Shown: in pieces, positions 17,088 through 27,453 of the stretch
Layout of the letters: each line of letters starts with the position of its first letter
Position numbering within the stretch: the stretch's first letter is position 1
Origin: a virus
IMG/VR virus record: IMGVR_UViG_3300046792_000213
Span: 1 to 64,000 of that record
Length of the DNA: 64,000 bases
Strand: one strand, 5' to 3'
The notes under the pieces: model-generated
Told to the model about the DNA's origin: nothing
What the model saw: the letters and a program-made list of their open reading frames with translations, nothing else
Databases searched by the model: none
Made by a program: the position numbers and the translations under genes

Positions 17088-17441
17088 CTACGCGGCCAGA
17101 TCGACAGACCGACGGACCACCGGGGCGGTCACCTGTGTCCGGACGAACATGCCGACGATCGCTGCCGCCGCGGACATCACGACGGCCTGCTGATCCGCCG
17201 ACCAGTCCAGTCCGAACCCGACAGCGAGAGCGACGGCGGACTGCACGAGGCCGAGGACGGCGGCGCTGATGCCGTCGTGGACCATCACGGCGACGACGAC
17301 GCCGACGAAGGCAGCGGCCACCGCGTTGATGACCGACTGCTGGTCGGCGGACACGTCCAGGCCGAACGCGGTCAGCAGTTTCACGCCGACGGCAACGAGG
17401 GCGAGCCACAGTGCGGGCTCGCGACCGAAGATTCTGGGCAT
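17088..17441 (-). CDS. Holin
   Basis: MPRIFGREPALW..., about 4 TM segments, ends R.QVTAP; directly after endolysin. Confidence 0.75.
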   Translation of the reverse strand: MPRIFGREPALWLALVAVGVKLLTAFGLDVSADQQSVINAVAAAFVGVVVAVMVHDGISAAVLGLVQSAVALAVGFGLDWSADQQAVVMSAAAAIVGMFVRTQVTAPVVRRSVDLAA

Positions 17442-17443
17442 GG

Positions 17444-18301
17444 TCAGTCCTCCTTCAGCGCGTCGCCGAGTTGGTCGAGCGCGGCGTCTGCCCCGGCCTT
17501 GGCCGCGGCGGTGATCTCGGCAGCAGTCAGGCCGCCTCCGTGGGCCAGCGCGGCGACAGCCGCAGTGAGCGCGGCGGTCTGCGCCGTCAGGGACTTCACC
17601 GCGGCCAGCGCGGCGCCGGCCTTGAGATTCCCGTAGGCGATCCAGTCGCCCACCGTGGCGGTCTGGCCGCCCGGGCTGAGCGGATTGCCCTTCGGGACGG
17701 TGATCTTGTCGGTGAGCTGCACGTCGTCCTCCTCGTGCTGGGGTGTGGATGGTCCGGCCGCCCACGCACGGAGCTGGTCGCCGGTCAGCGGGCAGTAGTT
17801 GCGGTCGATACCGCCGGCTTCGCTGTACTGGTGGAACAGCCAGTCCGAGGTGATGCGCGGCTGGCCTTTGGGCGCGGACGGGTCGGCGATCCACAACCCG
17901 TCGGCGCAGAAGGAGGTGCTGTCGCGGTGCAGCCAGTAGTCCCGGTTGCAGTACAAGATCACCCGGTTGTGCGGTGCCTTGGCCTGCACGTACCGCAGCC
18001 ATGCGTCCTTCTCCTGATCGGAGACCCCGGGGTCCTCCCAGTCGAAGGCGAGGACGTCACCGGGCTTCGCACCCGCTTGCGCGAGGAAGTAGTCGGCCTG
18101 CGCCGTCATGCTCCCGGGCCGGGCGAAGTGGTAGTGCCCGACGACCAGACCGTCCGCGCGGGCCGTCGCCACCTGCGACGCGCGCCGCGGGTTGGTGAAG
18201 GTGGTGCCCTCGGTGGCCTTCACGAACGCGAAGCCCAGCCCCTTCGTGGACGGCCGCGACTTCTGGTAGCCCGCCCAGTCCTGGCCCTCGGCGCCCGTCA
18301 C
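17444..18301 (-). CDS. Endolysin, GH25 muramidase
   Basis: GQDWAGYQ, FAFVKATEG, GHYHF, LAFDWE, WLFHQYS, IDRN. Confidence 0.9.
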   Translation of the reverse strand: MTGAEGQDWAGYQKSRPSTKGLGFAFVKATEGTTFTNPRRASQVATARADGLVVGHYHFARPGSMTAQADYFLAQAGAKPGDVLAFDWEDPGVSDQEKDAWLRYVQAKAPHNRVILYCNRDYWLHRDSTSFCADGLWIADPSAPKGQPRITSDWLFHQYSEAGGIDRNYCPLTGDQLRAWAAGPSTPQHEEDDVQLTDKITVPKGNPLSPGGQTATVGDWIAYGNLKAGAALAAVKSLTAQTAALTAAVAALAHGGGLTAAEITAAAKAGADAALDQLGDALKED

Positions 18302-18424
18302 CGCGCGCTCCCCTCTCCGGCCAGCGCCCGGGCGTCCTCGATGAGTTCGACAGTCATTTGTCCTCCGGGCATGAGAAAACCCCGGCCGGAAGGGCGCGGA
18401 GCGAATGGTTCAGAGCGCTTGGGT

Positions 18425-18679
18425 TTAGATGAAGACGCCGTTCACGAGGTCGCCCTCGGACTGCGTTTCGTCGGTCTGGTGGCGTGTCACCCACGCCTCG
18501 GCCACGGTGCCCTCCGGCACAGGGAAGGTGAGGAAGAGATTCGCGAGAGCGATTGCGAGTTCATCGGTCATGCCGCACGCACTCGTGAAGACCGGATAGG
18601 CGGCCTCGTTCGCGCTGTTGTCGAGGCGGCGCAGGCCGAGGTTGAAGTTGTACGTCGTCGCGTTGACAGTTGTGGGCAC
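18425..18679 (-). CDS. Hypothetical tail-region protein
   Basis: 84 aa, AAGGAG RBS. Confidence 0.5.
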   Translation of the reverse strand: MPTTVNATTYNFNLGLRRLDNSANEAAYPVFTSACGMTDELAIALANLFLTFPVPEGTVAEAWVTRHQTDETQSEGDLVNGVFI

Positions 18680-18702
18680 CTGATCTCCTTAGGCGTGCTG
18701 AG

Positions 18703-19248
18703 TTACGCCGCGACCCATTCGACGGAGAATGAGGTCATCGCAGCACCGACCGAGCTTGTACTCAGTGGACCCCCGCTGTTCTGGAAGCCGAGGAGTGACA
18801 CGAAGTCCCCGACGACGAGACGCGCGTAGGTGGGGGTCGGGGCGACCGTTGTGGCGAATCCCGGCGCTGGGGCGATCAGCTGCTCGCTGCCGATGATTCC
18901 GGTGGTGGACCCGTTCAGGCCGACTGCGGCGCCGCGCGTGCCTGTGCCGGTGATGGGGTAGATGACGGCGCCGGTCATGAGGTAGATGCCGGCGACCTGG
19001 CAGGTGTAGCGGCTGGTGTTGGTGACGGTGGAGTGCCCGGCGTCGCTGTCGAAGACCTCGGTGTCCAGCGACAGGGCGGTGAAGGCGTTGTTGGGGATGG
19101 ACTGGGAGACCGTTGCGTAGGCCGAGAAGATCGGCTTGCCGGTCGTGAAGTCCCCAAGGGCCTTCATCGTGGCGTTGAACAGGGCTGCTGTGTCGTAGTT
19201 GCCTGGGGCCTCGGTGGGCATGACGGGCACGGTGCGGGGCACTGCCAC
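18703..19248 (-). CDS. Tail fibre/receptor-binding protein with C1q-like beta domain
   Basis: GGAGG RBS plus GTG; QSIPNNAFTALSLDTEVFD...RYTCQVAGIYL...LVVGDFVSL. Confidence 0.65.
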   Translation of the reverse strand: MAVPRTVPVMPTEAPGNYDTAALFNATMKALGDFTTGKPIFSAYATVSQSIPNNAFTALSLDTEVFDSDAGHSTVTNTSRYTCQVAGIYLMTGAVIYPITGTGTRGAAVGLNGSTTGIIGSEQLIAPAPGFATTVAPTPTYARLVVGDFVSLLGFQNSGGPLSTSSVGAAMTSFSVEWVAA

Positions 19249-19271
19249 CTCCGGGTGGGTGGGGCTGGGGG

Positions 19272-22200
19272 TCAGTACGCGAAGGCGGCTGCGTCGAACG
19301 CGGACACGGCGTCCCACGTGGTGGGGTCGGTGATGACCGCGGGTAGTGGTTCGCAGATCACGTCGCCGGCGGTGTGGGCTTTGCTGGTCGGTGCGGTGAG
19401 GGTGACAGTTGCGGTGGACCAACCGGGGCTGGTGGCGCCGACCGCGAGGATCGTGACGGTCTCGGCGTTGGCGGTGTTCTGCCCGAGTACCAGTTGCTGC
19501 CCGGGCCAGAGTTGCTGCGCCGCGAGGTTGGTGTTGTCCTGGCCGTGGTCGATGACGACACTGCCGACCCCGGATGCCACGGTGGCGTTGAGGGTGGTGT
19601 GGAACGCCGCAAAGATCTTGTAAGGGGTGATGTCCGCCGGAGAGCACTGCAGGGTGAGGACAGCCTCGTTCTTGTCGTCGAAGGACCAGGAGATGTTCTC
19701 GACGAACACATCCAACTGGGTAGCAGTCAGGCCCGGCGGGCGGCGCATCACCCGCACCCGGGTGCCGAGTTCCAGTCCGAGACACACGGGCCACAGTGCC
19801 GGGTTCGCCGACGGGTGCAACTGCAGGGCGGTGATGCGGTTGAGCGGCGCCTTGTACCGGGACAAGGCGTAGTCGGCGGCATCCTGGCATTCCAGGGCGC
19901 TGGAGGCGTTCACCGTCCGGGTGAGGGTCCGCGGGAAGTACGCGGCGATTGATGCGGCGTCGCGGGCGTTGAAGACCTGCCCGGTGCTGGCCTGGGTGAC
20001 CGCGACCTGGTTGCCGAGGTGGGTGGAGTCCCACACGGTTTTGACGTCCTCGTAGGGCAGCTCCCCCAGGTCCGCGCGCTCGCCGAACACATAGGCGGGT
20101 GTGAGCGCGTTGTAGCGGGCAGAGCGGGACCGGAAGGTGATGGTTCCGTCAGCGGCGACGAAGTGCGCCCCGTTCTCGGTCGTCACCACGTCCTGCAGGG
20201 CGCTGACGACATCCTGCCCATCGGTGGCCGCGGGCCCCATCGAGGTGGTGAGCCCGGCCTGCAGGCTGGTGGGGCCGGTGTATCCGGCGTAGCGGAGGAT
20301 GCGGGCGTAGCGGGCGTCGGTGGACTCCCCGGCCGCGGCGGACCGCCAGGCCGTGTACACGCCGGTGCAGTCCGTGGACGTCAGGCCCGTGGCGAGCTCC
20401 GCGACGTAGGACAGGTCACCCTTGAAGGTGTAGTTGGTGGCGTTTCCAAGGTCGGAGCGGACCGCGGCTCCGACCGCGTCGGAAACGATTCCCTGGGGGA
20501 AATAAGGGGTGTCGTGGCCGCCACTGGTGCTGCTGTCCACGTCGGTGTACGTGCCGTCTACGGACAGGAAAAGACGGGAGTGGGTGCCGCCGATGGCGTC
20601 CTGCCCGAAGAGCACCAGGTGCCAGTTGGAGTCGGCGACCGCCGTGGTGAGGCTGAGGTTGATGCCTCCGTTGAGGACACTGGCCATTTGCAGGTTGACG
20701 TGCCCGGCGGTGTCGATCCACAGGCGCAACTGCCCGCCGGGGTTGGCGCCGCCGTGCTGGTCCATGGCCGTCCACAGGTCGGCCTCGGCCGTCGGGGCGG
20801 GGCCGGTGTACCGGAACGCAATCATGCGGGTGAACGTGTTGCTGCTCGGGCCGAGAATGCCCGCCCCGCCCAGGTCCAGGAACGACGCTGCCGCGGCCGG
20901 CGCGTTCACCCCGGGGCTGGGCGTGGTGAGGGTGACGACCGTGCCCGCGGACCCGGTGTAGACGCCGGTCGGAGATGCTGCGGTGATCGCCGTGCCTGCG
21001 GTGAGGGTTCCGGCGCCCTGTTTTGACACCGCGATCGGCAGCGCGGGGAAAGCCCCCGTGGTGTCCGTGAAAGCGGTGGACCCATCAGGGTCGCCAAGGG
21101 TGTACAGGTACCGCGGGCTGCGGGAGTTGAGCTCCATGGTCAGCGGGCTCGACAGCGTCAACTGCGACAGCAGACTGAACGCGTCCGCCGCCGGAGGGCT
21201 GACGGTGCCGTAGGTGCCGGACATCGACCACTGCGACTGCCAGTCCTCGGTGAACCCGGCGTACCAGGGGTACCAGGCCCCGGGCATCACCCATGCGGAC
21301 GCGGTCATGCCCGTCTCCTGCTGCCACCCGTCGGTCTGGATCAAGCAGTTCGCGGCGGCCGTTCCCGCGACCGCAACGCCGACGTCGATGCCGTAGACGC
21401 CCGCGGGTGCGGTGCCCGACACCGTCAGCGTCGACCACCCGGCCGTCGTCGACCCGGTCAAGGTGACCGTACTGCCGTAGATGTAACTGGTGGGCATGGG
21501 CGATGACGCGTCGTACCAGCCAAGAGCCGGCTTCACTTGCAGGGTCGTCGAGGCGGTGACGTCCCGGACGTGGATCTGCGCCGTGTACGGCTGCCCGGGG
21601 AGAACCGCAACCTGCGGGGAGTGCGCGATCCGCTGCCCCACCACGGTACCAATGGGCACCGTGAACTGGGTAACCCGCCCGCCCGCCCACGCGGACGCCG
21701 ACGCGACGACGCTGCCGCCAGTGATGTCGGTGTCCGTGTGCAGGTCCAGAGTGATCGACGGAGTGATCGTGCCCACGCTGACACCGGTGGCGTCACCGCC
21801 GGCCGCGACCCCTCGGGAGAGCAAGTTGACGGTGGGCGGCCACTGCCCACGGATCCTGAACGGCTGGAACGGCTGCACGTGCCCCGCGACCGGCGACGTG
21901 GTCGAGGTGGGGTCCAGGTACCCGTCGGGGTTGCCGAGGGTCACCTGCTCCTCGCCGGCCCGGACCTGGTCCAGTTCATACTGGCGGCCCCGGCCCACGG
22001 TGGTTGTGCCTTGGGTGCGCTGACTGACGTCCACGTATACGCCACGGGGGATGCTGCCGCCGTTGGCCCCCCACCACAGTCCGGCCCCGTATTCGGCCCG
22101 TGGCCAGTTCGGGTTGTACTGGCCGCCGCTGCGGGTGTTGACGTGTGCGATGACGGTGGTGTTCCCGGCGACCTCGGTCACGGATGCTTGGGATTCGAAG

Positions 22201-22697
22201 CGCAGCGTGACCTGCGTGGCGTCCCATGTGTACGCCATGGTGCTGAGGTTGGTCCAGTTCAGGCCGTCTGGGGAGGTGTCGGCATACCAGGTACTGGCGG
22301 CCTCGCGTAGGCGCCACCAGCGGTGGGCGTGCGGGTCGTAGGCGGGCAGGGTGACCGTGGTGGTGGCGCCGCCGGACACCTGGACCTGCTTGAAGACCCC
22401 GGACTCGACCCTGAGTGTCATGGCGTTGTTGGCGTCGAGCCTCACTCTCATGATCGATTTGGTACCGCCGTTGCCGTTGGCCGCCACGCCCACCTGTGCG
22501 TACACGCTGCTGCCCGTTGCGTCGTACACCGCGGTCGTTCCGAAGGTGCTGATTCCGCCGCTGGTAGTGGGTACCGCGAGCATGACCTGGTCGTTGACGG
22601 TGTCGAGAGTCGCCGCACCGACGGTGATGGTCGACCACAGGGCCGTATTGATCGCGCCCGCGGTGAAACTGTCGGTGAGCGTGGAGAGCTTCGGCAC
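19272..22697 (-). CDS. Large minor tail (tail-tip/hub) protein with lectin/LamG-like domains
   Basis: 1141 aa after the tape measure; RGRQYELDQVRAG, DSNWHLV, DGTITFRSRSAR. Confidence 0.8.
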   Translation of the reverse strand: MPKLSTLTDSFTAGAINTALWSTITVGAATLDTVNDQVMLAVPTTSGGISTFGTTAVYDATGSSVYAQVGVAANGNGGTKSIMRVRLDANNAMTLRVESGVFKQVQVSGGATTTVTLPAYDPHAHRWWRLREAASTWYADTSPDGLNWTNLSTMAYTWDATQVTLRFESQASVTEVAGNTTVIAHVNTRSGGQYNPNWPRAEYGAGLWWGANGGSIPRGVYVDVSQRTQGTTTVGRGRQYELDQVRAGEEQVTLGNPDGYLDPTSTTSPVAGHVQPFQPFRIRGQWPPTVNLLSRGVAAGGDATGVSVGTITPSITLDLHTDTDITGGSVVASASAWAGGRVTQFTVPIGTVVGQRIAHSPQVAVLPGQPYTAQIHVRDVTASTTLQVKPALGWYDASSPMPTSYIYGSTVTLTGSTTAGWSTLTVSGTAPAGVYGIDVGVAVAGTAAANCLIQTDGWQQETGMTASAWVMPGAWYPWYAGFTEDWQSQWSMSGTYGTVSPPAADAFSLLSQLTLSSPLTMELNSRSPRYLYTLGDPDGSTAFTDTTGAFPALPIAVSKQGAGTLTAGTAITAASPTGVYTGSAGTVVTLTTPSPGVNAPAAAASFLDLGGAGILGPSSNTFTRMIAFRYTGPAPTAEADLWTAMDQHGGANPGGQLRLWIDTAGHVNLQMASVLNGGINLSLTTAVADSNWHLVLFGQDAIGGTHSRLFLSVDGTYTDVDSSTSGGHDTPYFPQGIVSDAVGAAVRSDLGNATNYTFKGDLSYVAELATGLTSTDCTGVYTAWRSAAAGESTDARYARILRYAGYTGPTSLQAGLTTSMGPAATDGQDVVSALQDVVTTENGAHFVAADGTITFRSRSARYNALTPAYVFGERADLGELPYEDVKTVWDSTHLGNQVAVTQASTGQVFNARDAASIAAYFPRTLTRTVNASSALECQDAADYALSRYKAPLNRITALQLHPSANPALWPVCLGLELGTRVRVMRRPPGLTATQLDVFVENISWSFDDKNEAVLTLQCSPADITPYKIFAAFHTTLNATVASGVGSVVIDHGQDNTNLAAQQLWPGQQLVLGQNTANAETVTILAVGATSPGWSTATVTLTAPTSKAHTAGDVICEPLPAVITDPTTWDAVSAFDAAAFAY

Positions 22698-22705
22698 GGT
22701 GCCCC

Positions 22706-25700
22706 TTATCGCTTGTAGGCCGGGTACGTTGTCGAGTTGCGGCGTGCCCGGTTGAGGTAGCCCTGCTCGACGATGTCCACGAGGGTCCGTTCGCTGACCA
22801 CGGACCCCTGGACGGTGTAGTGGTTGTGGACGACCGTGGGACCGCCGGCCATGCCGCCCCCGGCGAGAGCGGCGCCCTGCTGGACGGCCATGGCCATTCC
22901 CTGAGCGGCGACGACGGCGTGTTTCGTGGATCGGTTGATGCCGACCGCCATGCCTTGTGCGGTGTAGTCACCGAGCTGCGCCATGACTGCAGACGGGGAC
23001 CGGATACCGAGCGCTTTCTTGATCGCCGCCTGCATGGACTTGGCGATCTTCAGCATCTGCGCCTCGATCGCCTTCTCCTGCGACTGCAGCCCCTGCACGA
23101 GGCCCTGTGCAGACTTGATGCCCGCCCCGTACATCGCGTCGGCAACCGCACTGCCCGTGGCGTTCGCGGAGGACTGCATGCCCTTCTGCAGGTTGTTCAG
23201 CTCGGTGATCGTGCCCTTCGACGCGCCCATCAGAGCGGCAGTAGTCGCACCACCCTGGTCCACACCGGACGCGGCGATCTGCGCGATCAGATCCGACCGA
23301 AGCCCGGCCTTTTGCAGGGCACGCAACTGCGCGGCGAACTGGCTCGCTTTCGCGGCCTGGTCGCGCATGTTGTTCACGACGTCCTGCGAGGTCAGAGCGA
23401 ACCCTGCCTGCGGGGCGGTCGTGATGATCGACGCGTTCTGCATGATCCCGGACGCGATCGAGTCCCGCTCCGACGCCCACGACTTCAGCAACGCCGCGAG
23501 CTTCGACTGGGCCGCTTTCAGCTTGCCCGCGACCGAATCCCGGTCGGCGGCCAGTTTGAGAAGCGCCGCGTTGTCCTTCGCGACGGCCTTCTGCAGGCCC
23601 TTGTGGCTGCTGCCGAAGTCCGTGTAGAGCATGCTCGCGATGCGCTTCGTCGCGGCCTTCACACTGGCCGTGGACCCGGTAAGGCCCTGCACAAGCCCGG
23701 TCATCACGTAGGCACCAAGCGCCTTGAACTTCTTCGAAGGCGAGGCAATGCCCAGCTCGTCGGAGAACGCCGCGGTGGCCGCCTTCGCCATGGCAATAGC
23801 AGCGGCCATCACGTCCGGCTGGCCCCCGGCGATCCCTCGGGCCACGCCGGCGGCGACGTTCGAGCCGGCGCCGACCGCCGCCTGTCCCCAGGAAACCGAG
23901 CCGCCGAGGATGCCCACGGTCTCCGTGGCGATCTGCCGGGAGCGGGCGTTGCGCGTGTGAGGGATATACGACTCGTCGGGCCCCTCGCCCCACAGGATGT
24001 TGGAGCCGCCCTTGGCCATCATCGCCGGGCGGCCGAAGCCACCCTCAGCCATGCGCCGGACGCCACCGGAGACCACGGCGCCTGTGGCGTACCTGCCGCC
24101 GCCGGGCACCGCCACACCCGACCCGGACGCGATGCCCTTGTACACGACGTTGACGTGCACGGTTTTCCCGGACACCGACGCGATGGCCCGCTTCGCTGCG
24201 GCAATCTTGTTCTGCAGGTCAACGATGTCGCCACGGATGGACGTCTGCTTCGACGCCGGGGTGTTCCCCAGGTCGGCCTTGGCCTTCTTCAGCTTCGCCT
24301 GAAGGTCAGACAGGTCACCCTTGAGGAAGGCGGTCTTGTCGGGAGCCTTCAGGATCTGATCGGAGAGCTTCTTCGCCTGGTCCCGCGTGAGGCCCATGGC
24401 GTCCGCGGCGCTGATCAGCTTGGCGCGGCCCTGCTCGTAGATCCCCGACACTGTGGACCACGACTTGCCCTGATCCCGGGCGGCAGCAGCGTCCGCGTCC
24501 GCGGCGGCAGCCAGATCCGCCAGAGGCTTGTACGCGTCCCGCGCCGCCTGGGAGTTCAGGTCGATCTGCCCGTGCACCATTTTCAGTGCACTGTGGTGGC
24601 CCTTGATGGCCGCGGTGGTGTCATCAATCGCCTGCTGGAAATCAGCCTCCGCGGACAGGCCAGCCCGGTTCACGTCATTCAAAGCCTGGATGGACTGGCG
24701 CAATCCGTCGGCGGACTGCTTCTGTGCGTCGAGGTCCCTCTGCACGGACTGCGCCTGCTGCCCGAACATGCCCATCGAGTCGGCAACAAGATCCTGCTCG
24801 AACTTGGCGTCGGCCAGAGCGCTTTTGTAGCCGTCGAGGCGGTCTGTCAGTTCCTTGGTGGGCTGCCCCGACTTCTTGACCTCGGCGGACAGCTTCGACA
24901 CAGCGGCGGCGGCCAGGTCCGCCTTCCCGCCCTGCACCAACTGGGCCAGGGCGTCGTCGACTGCGTCGATGTCCTTCTTGGCGTCGTTCCACGAATTCGA
25001 CTTCTTGTGCCCAAGGGTGAAGATCGAATTCATAGTGTCGTTGAAGTGGTCCATCTTGGACCCGCCACCGTTGAGGCGGTCGATGGCGCTGTTCAGCTTG
25101 TCGAAGTCGCCACCGAAGGCCACGGCCGCCTCGCCGGAGACCTTCCCGGTGTGGCCCAGTTCGCCCAGGGATGTGGTCAGCTTGTCGACGTCCGGGGCTT
25201 TCTTGCCCGAGGACATCAGCGAGTTCACGACCAGTACGAGCGCGCCGATCGCAGCAACAGCGCCGCCGATCTTTGCCCCGGTCGACAGCGACCCAATAGC
25301 CGCCCGCACGCCGGCGACACCACCACCAGCAGTGGTGGATGCGACCCGCAGTGCGGTCAGTCGAGTGGACAGAGCCGTAATAGAGCCCGCCACGGTGGTG
25401 ATCCCGGCAGAGGTCAGCTTGATCAGCTTAAGCGCGGTGTAGGCCTGCAAGGTGCGGGCGATGAACGACACGGGCAGCGAGGCGACCAGGGCGGCCGTGG
25501 CGTTGACCAAGGACAGGACGCCCGGCCCCGCCTCAGCAGCACCCTTGAAGACCTGCATCACGGCCCTCGCGATGTTCTCCAGAGTCTTCCGGACCGCCGG
25601 CCCCTGATGCTCCGCGTACTTCATGAAGTCCGCGACCGGACCGTTGGCCTTCCCCTCAGACAGGACGCGGCTGAAGTGGATGACGTCATCCACGCCTCGC

Positions 25701-26977
25701 TTGAGCGCCCCGTCCGCGAAGGTCGTGAAGCGCTTCATCATTGCGTCGAAACCCGGCGTACTGACCGCCCCACCGGCCACAGTGATCAGCCGGTCCAACT
25801 CTGTGGAGGTGCCCTTAACCAACGGGTTGAGCTTCGGCAGGATCGCCTCGACAACCGCAATGGACTTCTCGACCGGGGCCATGGTGAAGCGGGCCAGGTC
25901 GTCGGACCACGACTTGAACGACGTCCGGAGTTCCATGTAGCCCACGGCGGCGCGCCGGGTCGCCGGCGGCAGCGCCGTAAGGGACTGCAGCGCCTGGTCC
26001 TGCGCCTGTGCGGCCTGCTTCGACGCTGGCCCGTACTTGGTGACCGCTTCGGTGTACTTCGTCTGTGCATCCGCCGCGTCGCCCAACTGCTTGATCTGCG
26101 GGACAACGGCAAGGCCGAACGCGCCGACGGCAACCGCCGCGGACCCCAAGGACGCGGCAAGGTGCAGCGCCGTCTGGGTGAGAACAGCCGCCACCGGCGC
26201 GAGTGCGGGCGCAAGGGACAGAAGCGTCCCCAAGGTGGCGCCCCCGCCGACGCCACCAGAGCCGCCGCCGCCGCCGATGACGACGGTGCGGATCGTGGCG
26301 GTGCGGTCCCGCGCAAGGTGGGCGAGACGCGCCTCAGTGGCGACCTGCGACGACTGATGTGTGGTCGGGCGGATCCAGACGTCGATCCGCTTGCCCAACT
26401 CCATCAGGACAGTGGCGACGCGGCGCTGCGCCACCTGATCCATCTTGGGCTTGATCTTGACCTCGACTGCGTTCGCCTCAAGGTCCGCGCGTACCGTATC
26501 CGCCTGCACCGAGTCGAGCTTGAGCTGTACCGACAGCTTCGCCGCAGGGCTGTCCTTAACCTTCTCCTTCAGCGCCGCGAGCGTGCCGTCTTTCAACCGC
26601 AGAGCGGTGTCCAGCTTCGCCGCGGAACTGTCCTTAATTTCCTGCCGCAGATCAGCGAGGGCACCAGCCTTGAGCGTGGTGGCGACCTCAAGCTTCGCGG
26701 CAGAGGATTCCTTGACCTTGGTGCGGAGGTCGGCCAGGGTGCCGGTCTTGAGGCGAAGTACGACGTCGAACTTCGCAGCCTTGCTGTCTTTGATCTTCTC
26801 TCGAAGAGCTGCGAGCGTGCCGTCCTTTAGCGTTGTGTCGACTTCCAGGGTGGCCTTGGTCTTGCCGACCTCGGTCGCCCAGGTCTTGACCTTCTCCTTA
26901 GACTCTCGGAGGGCCGTGACGAGACTGCTGTGGTCGCCTTCGAGCTTGGCGACGATGGGGGGCAGGTAGTCGGCCAC
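22706..26977 (-). CDS. Tape measure protein
   Basis: 1423 aa Ala-rich helical protein, two LGIxSPS motifs, position in the tail operon. Confidence 0.9.
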   Translation of the reverse strand: MADYLPPIVAKLEGDHSSLVTALRESKEKVKTWATEVGKTKATLEVDTTLKDGTLAALREKIKDSKAAKFDVVLRLKTGTLADLRTKVKESSAAKLEVATTLKAGALADLRQEIKDSSAAKLDTALRLKDGTLAALKEKVKDSPAAKLSVQLKLDSVQADTVRADLEANAVEVKIKPKMDQVAQRRVATVLMELGKRIDVWIRPTTHQSSQVATEARLAHLARDRTATIRTVVIGGGGGSGGVGGGATLGTLLSLAPALAPVAAVLTQTALHLAASLGSAAVAVGAFGLAVVPQIKQLGDAADAQTKYTEAVTKYGPASKQAAQAQDQALQSLTALPPATRRAAVGYMELRTSFKSWSDDLARFTMAPVEKSIAVVEAILPKLNPLVKGTSTELDRLITVAGGAVSTPGFDAMMKRFTTFADGALKRGVDDVIHFSRVLSEGKANGPVADFMKYAEHQGPAVRKTLENIARAVMQVFKGAAEAGPGVLSLVNATAALVASLPVSFIARTLQAYTALKLIKLTSAGITTVAGSITALSTRLTALRVASTTAGGGVAGVRAAIGSLSTGAKIGGAVAAIGALVLVVNSLMSSGKKAPDVDKLTTSLGELGHTGKVSGEAAVAFGGDFDKLNSAIDRLNGGGSKMDHFNDTMNSIFTLGHKKSNSWNDAKKDIDAVDDALAQLVQGGKADLAAAAVSKLSAEVKKSGQPTKELTDRLDGYKSALADAKFEQDLVADSMGMFGQQAQSVQRDLDAQKQSADGLRQSIQALNDVNRAGLSAEADFQQAIDDTTAAIKGHHSALKMVHGQIDLNSQAARDAYKPLADLAAAADADAAAARDQGKSWSTVSGIYEQGRAKLISAADAMGLTRDQAKKLSDQILKAPDKTAFLKGDLSDLQAKLKKAKADLGNTPASKQTSIRGDIVDLQNKIAAAKRAIASVSGKTVHVNVVYKGIASGSGVAVPGGGRYATGAVVSGGVRRMAEGGFGRPAMMAKGGSNILWGEGPDESYIPHTRNARSRQIATETVGILGGSVSWGQAAVGAGSNVAAGVARGIAGGQPDVMAAAIAMAKAATAAFSDELGIASPSKKFKALGAYVMTGLVQGLTGSTASVKAATKRIASMLYTDFGSSHKGLQKAVAKDNAALLKLAADRDSVAGKLKAAQSKLAALLKSWASERDSIASGIMQNASIITTAPQAGFALTSQDVVNNMRDQAAKASQFAAQLRALQKAGLRSDLIAQIAASGVDQGGATTAALMGASKGTITELNNLQKGMQSSANATGSAVADAMYGAGIKSAQGLVQGLQSQEKAIEAQMLKIAKSMQAAIKKALGIRSPSAVMAQLGDYTAQGMAVGINRSTKHAVVAAQGMAMAVQQGAALAGGGMAGGPTVVHNHYTVQGSVVSERTLVDIVEQGYLNRARRNSTTYPAYKR

Positions 26978-27009
26978 AGCGGCACCCCCTCAAGTGGTCT
27001 GGTCGGGGG

Positions 27010-27450
27010 TTACATGGCTCGGCTCCACGCCTCGACGTACAGGCGCCGCAGGTCATCGCGGGCATCCCGCACGGTGGGCGCCAGGTAGGGGCGCGGCGGC
27101 AGGGTTACTGAGTGGTTGCGGCCAGCGCGCCCGCCGAGTTCCTGAATCCGGGAGTACACGGCGGTCGGCCCCAGCCGCCCGCTGAAACCGGTGCCGGTGG
27201 GGATCGGGCCGGTGGGGGTCAGCGACCCGCGGAGGTGCCCGCTGATCCGCGCCGGGGGCTCACCCGGTGGCGACGGAGTCGGGGTGCGGGGCGGGTGGTA
27301 GTAGCGGGACAGCCTGCTGTGCGCCCGCCGCTGCAGCAGGGTCAGCCCGTCCTTGGTGGCCCGGCGGGTCGCGGACATGATCCGCTGCTCCAGGGCATCA
27401 ATGGCGGCGGCGAAGTCGTCCACGCCGTCCACGTTGACGGTGACGTCCAC
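27010..27450 (-). CDS. HK97-gp10-like tail completion protein
   Basis: SPPGEPPARISGHLRGS...YSRIQELGG...PPRPYLAP. Confidence 0.7.
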   Translation of the reverse strand: MDVTVNVDGVDDFAAAIDALEQRIMSATRRATKDGLTLLQRRAHSRLSRYYHPPRTPTPSPPGEPPARISGHLRGSLTPTGPIPTGTGFSGRLGPTAVYSRIQELGGRAGRNHSVTLPPRPYLAPTVRDARDDLRRLYVEAWSRAM

Positions 27451-27453
27451 GGG

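Noticed and set aside
18703-22697. Diversity-generating retroelement or tail-fibre invertible cassette
   Set aside because: No reverse transcriptase, no template/variable repeat pair and no invertase seen.
22820-26830. 1336-aa plus-strand ORF
   Set aside because: Antisense shadow of the tape measure gene, expected in high-GC DNA; no RBS context or motifs.
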